Assembly: GCF_001194135.2 (NCBI RefSeq)
Contig: NC_068982.1
Span: 104,908,991-104,972,990 of the forward strand
Direction: 5' to 3'
Length of the DNA stretch: 64,000 nt
Source: Octopus bimaculoides
Taxonomy: Eukaryota
This document shows positions 63,776 to 64,000 of the stretch, piece after piece (positions within the stretch are counted from its first letter, which is position 1; each line of letters starts with the position of its first letter). The notes beneath the pieces were generated by a model that was not told the origin of the DNA, did not search any database, and saw nothing but the letters and a program-made list of their open reading frames with translations. The position numbers and the translations under genes were made by a program.

Positions 63776-64000
63776 ATATAAATAAGACTTAAGTCAACCT
63801 GGGGCTTTAGTGAAAGATACTAACCCAAGTTGCCATGCAGTGAGATCAAACCTGGAGTCTCATGATTGCAAAGTGAACTTCCTAATTACACAGTCATAAT
63901 TGCATCCTTAGCTGCATTCATATGCACACACTAGCATAGACACTAGTTAGAGTTTCATTAATATTCATACATTCCTTAACTGTTTGTGCTCTCCTTCTCT

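Overview
This is AT-rich, repeat-dense eukaryotic DNA with seven N gaps. The SINE families, RTE LINE pieces and abundant (TA)n/(CA)n/(ATC)n tracts match what I recall from octopus genomes, so an octopod cephalopod source is likely (inference, no database search run). No intact host protein-coding gene is recognisable, and nearly all supplied ORFs are microsatellite or gap artefacts. The window is mostly a mosaic of mobile elements: a full-length but disabled D,D34D mariner (43508-44795), RTE LINE relics carrying a PHD-like finger inside the RT region, a gypsy gag/integrase relic, Helitron ends, Tc1/hAT/piggyBac MITEs, two long foldback palindromes, a Penelope-type terminus with a minimal hammerhead ribozyme fold, and several tRNA-derived SINE families. 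Near 54.6-57.3 kb, CpG retention and three minus-strand splice-bounded segments suggest the 5' end of a minus-strand transcript. A strand-asymmetric G-rich satellite of about 3.1 kb lies next to it. I cannot confidently assert a previously undescribed system. The best leads are the variant-core hammerhead, the unidentified duplicated ORF relic abutting a Helitron 3' end, the PHD-in-RT LINE, and the candidate spliced transcript.
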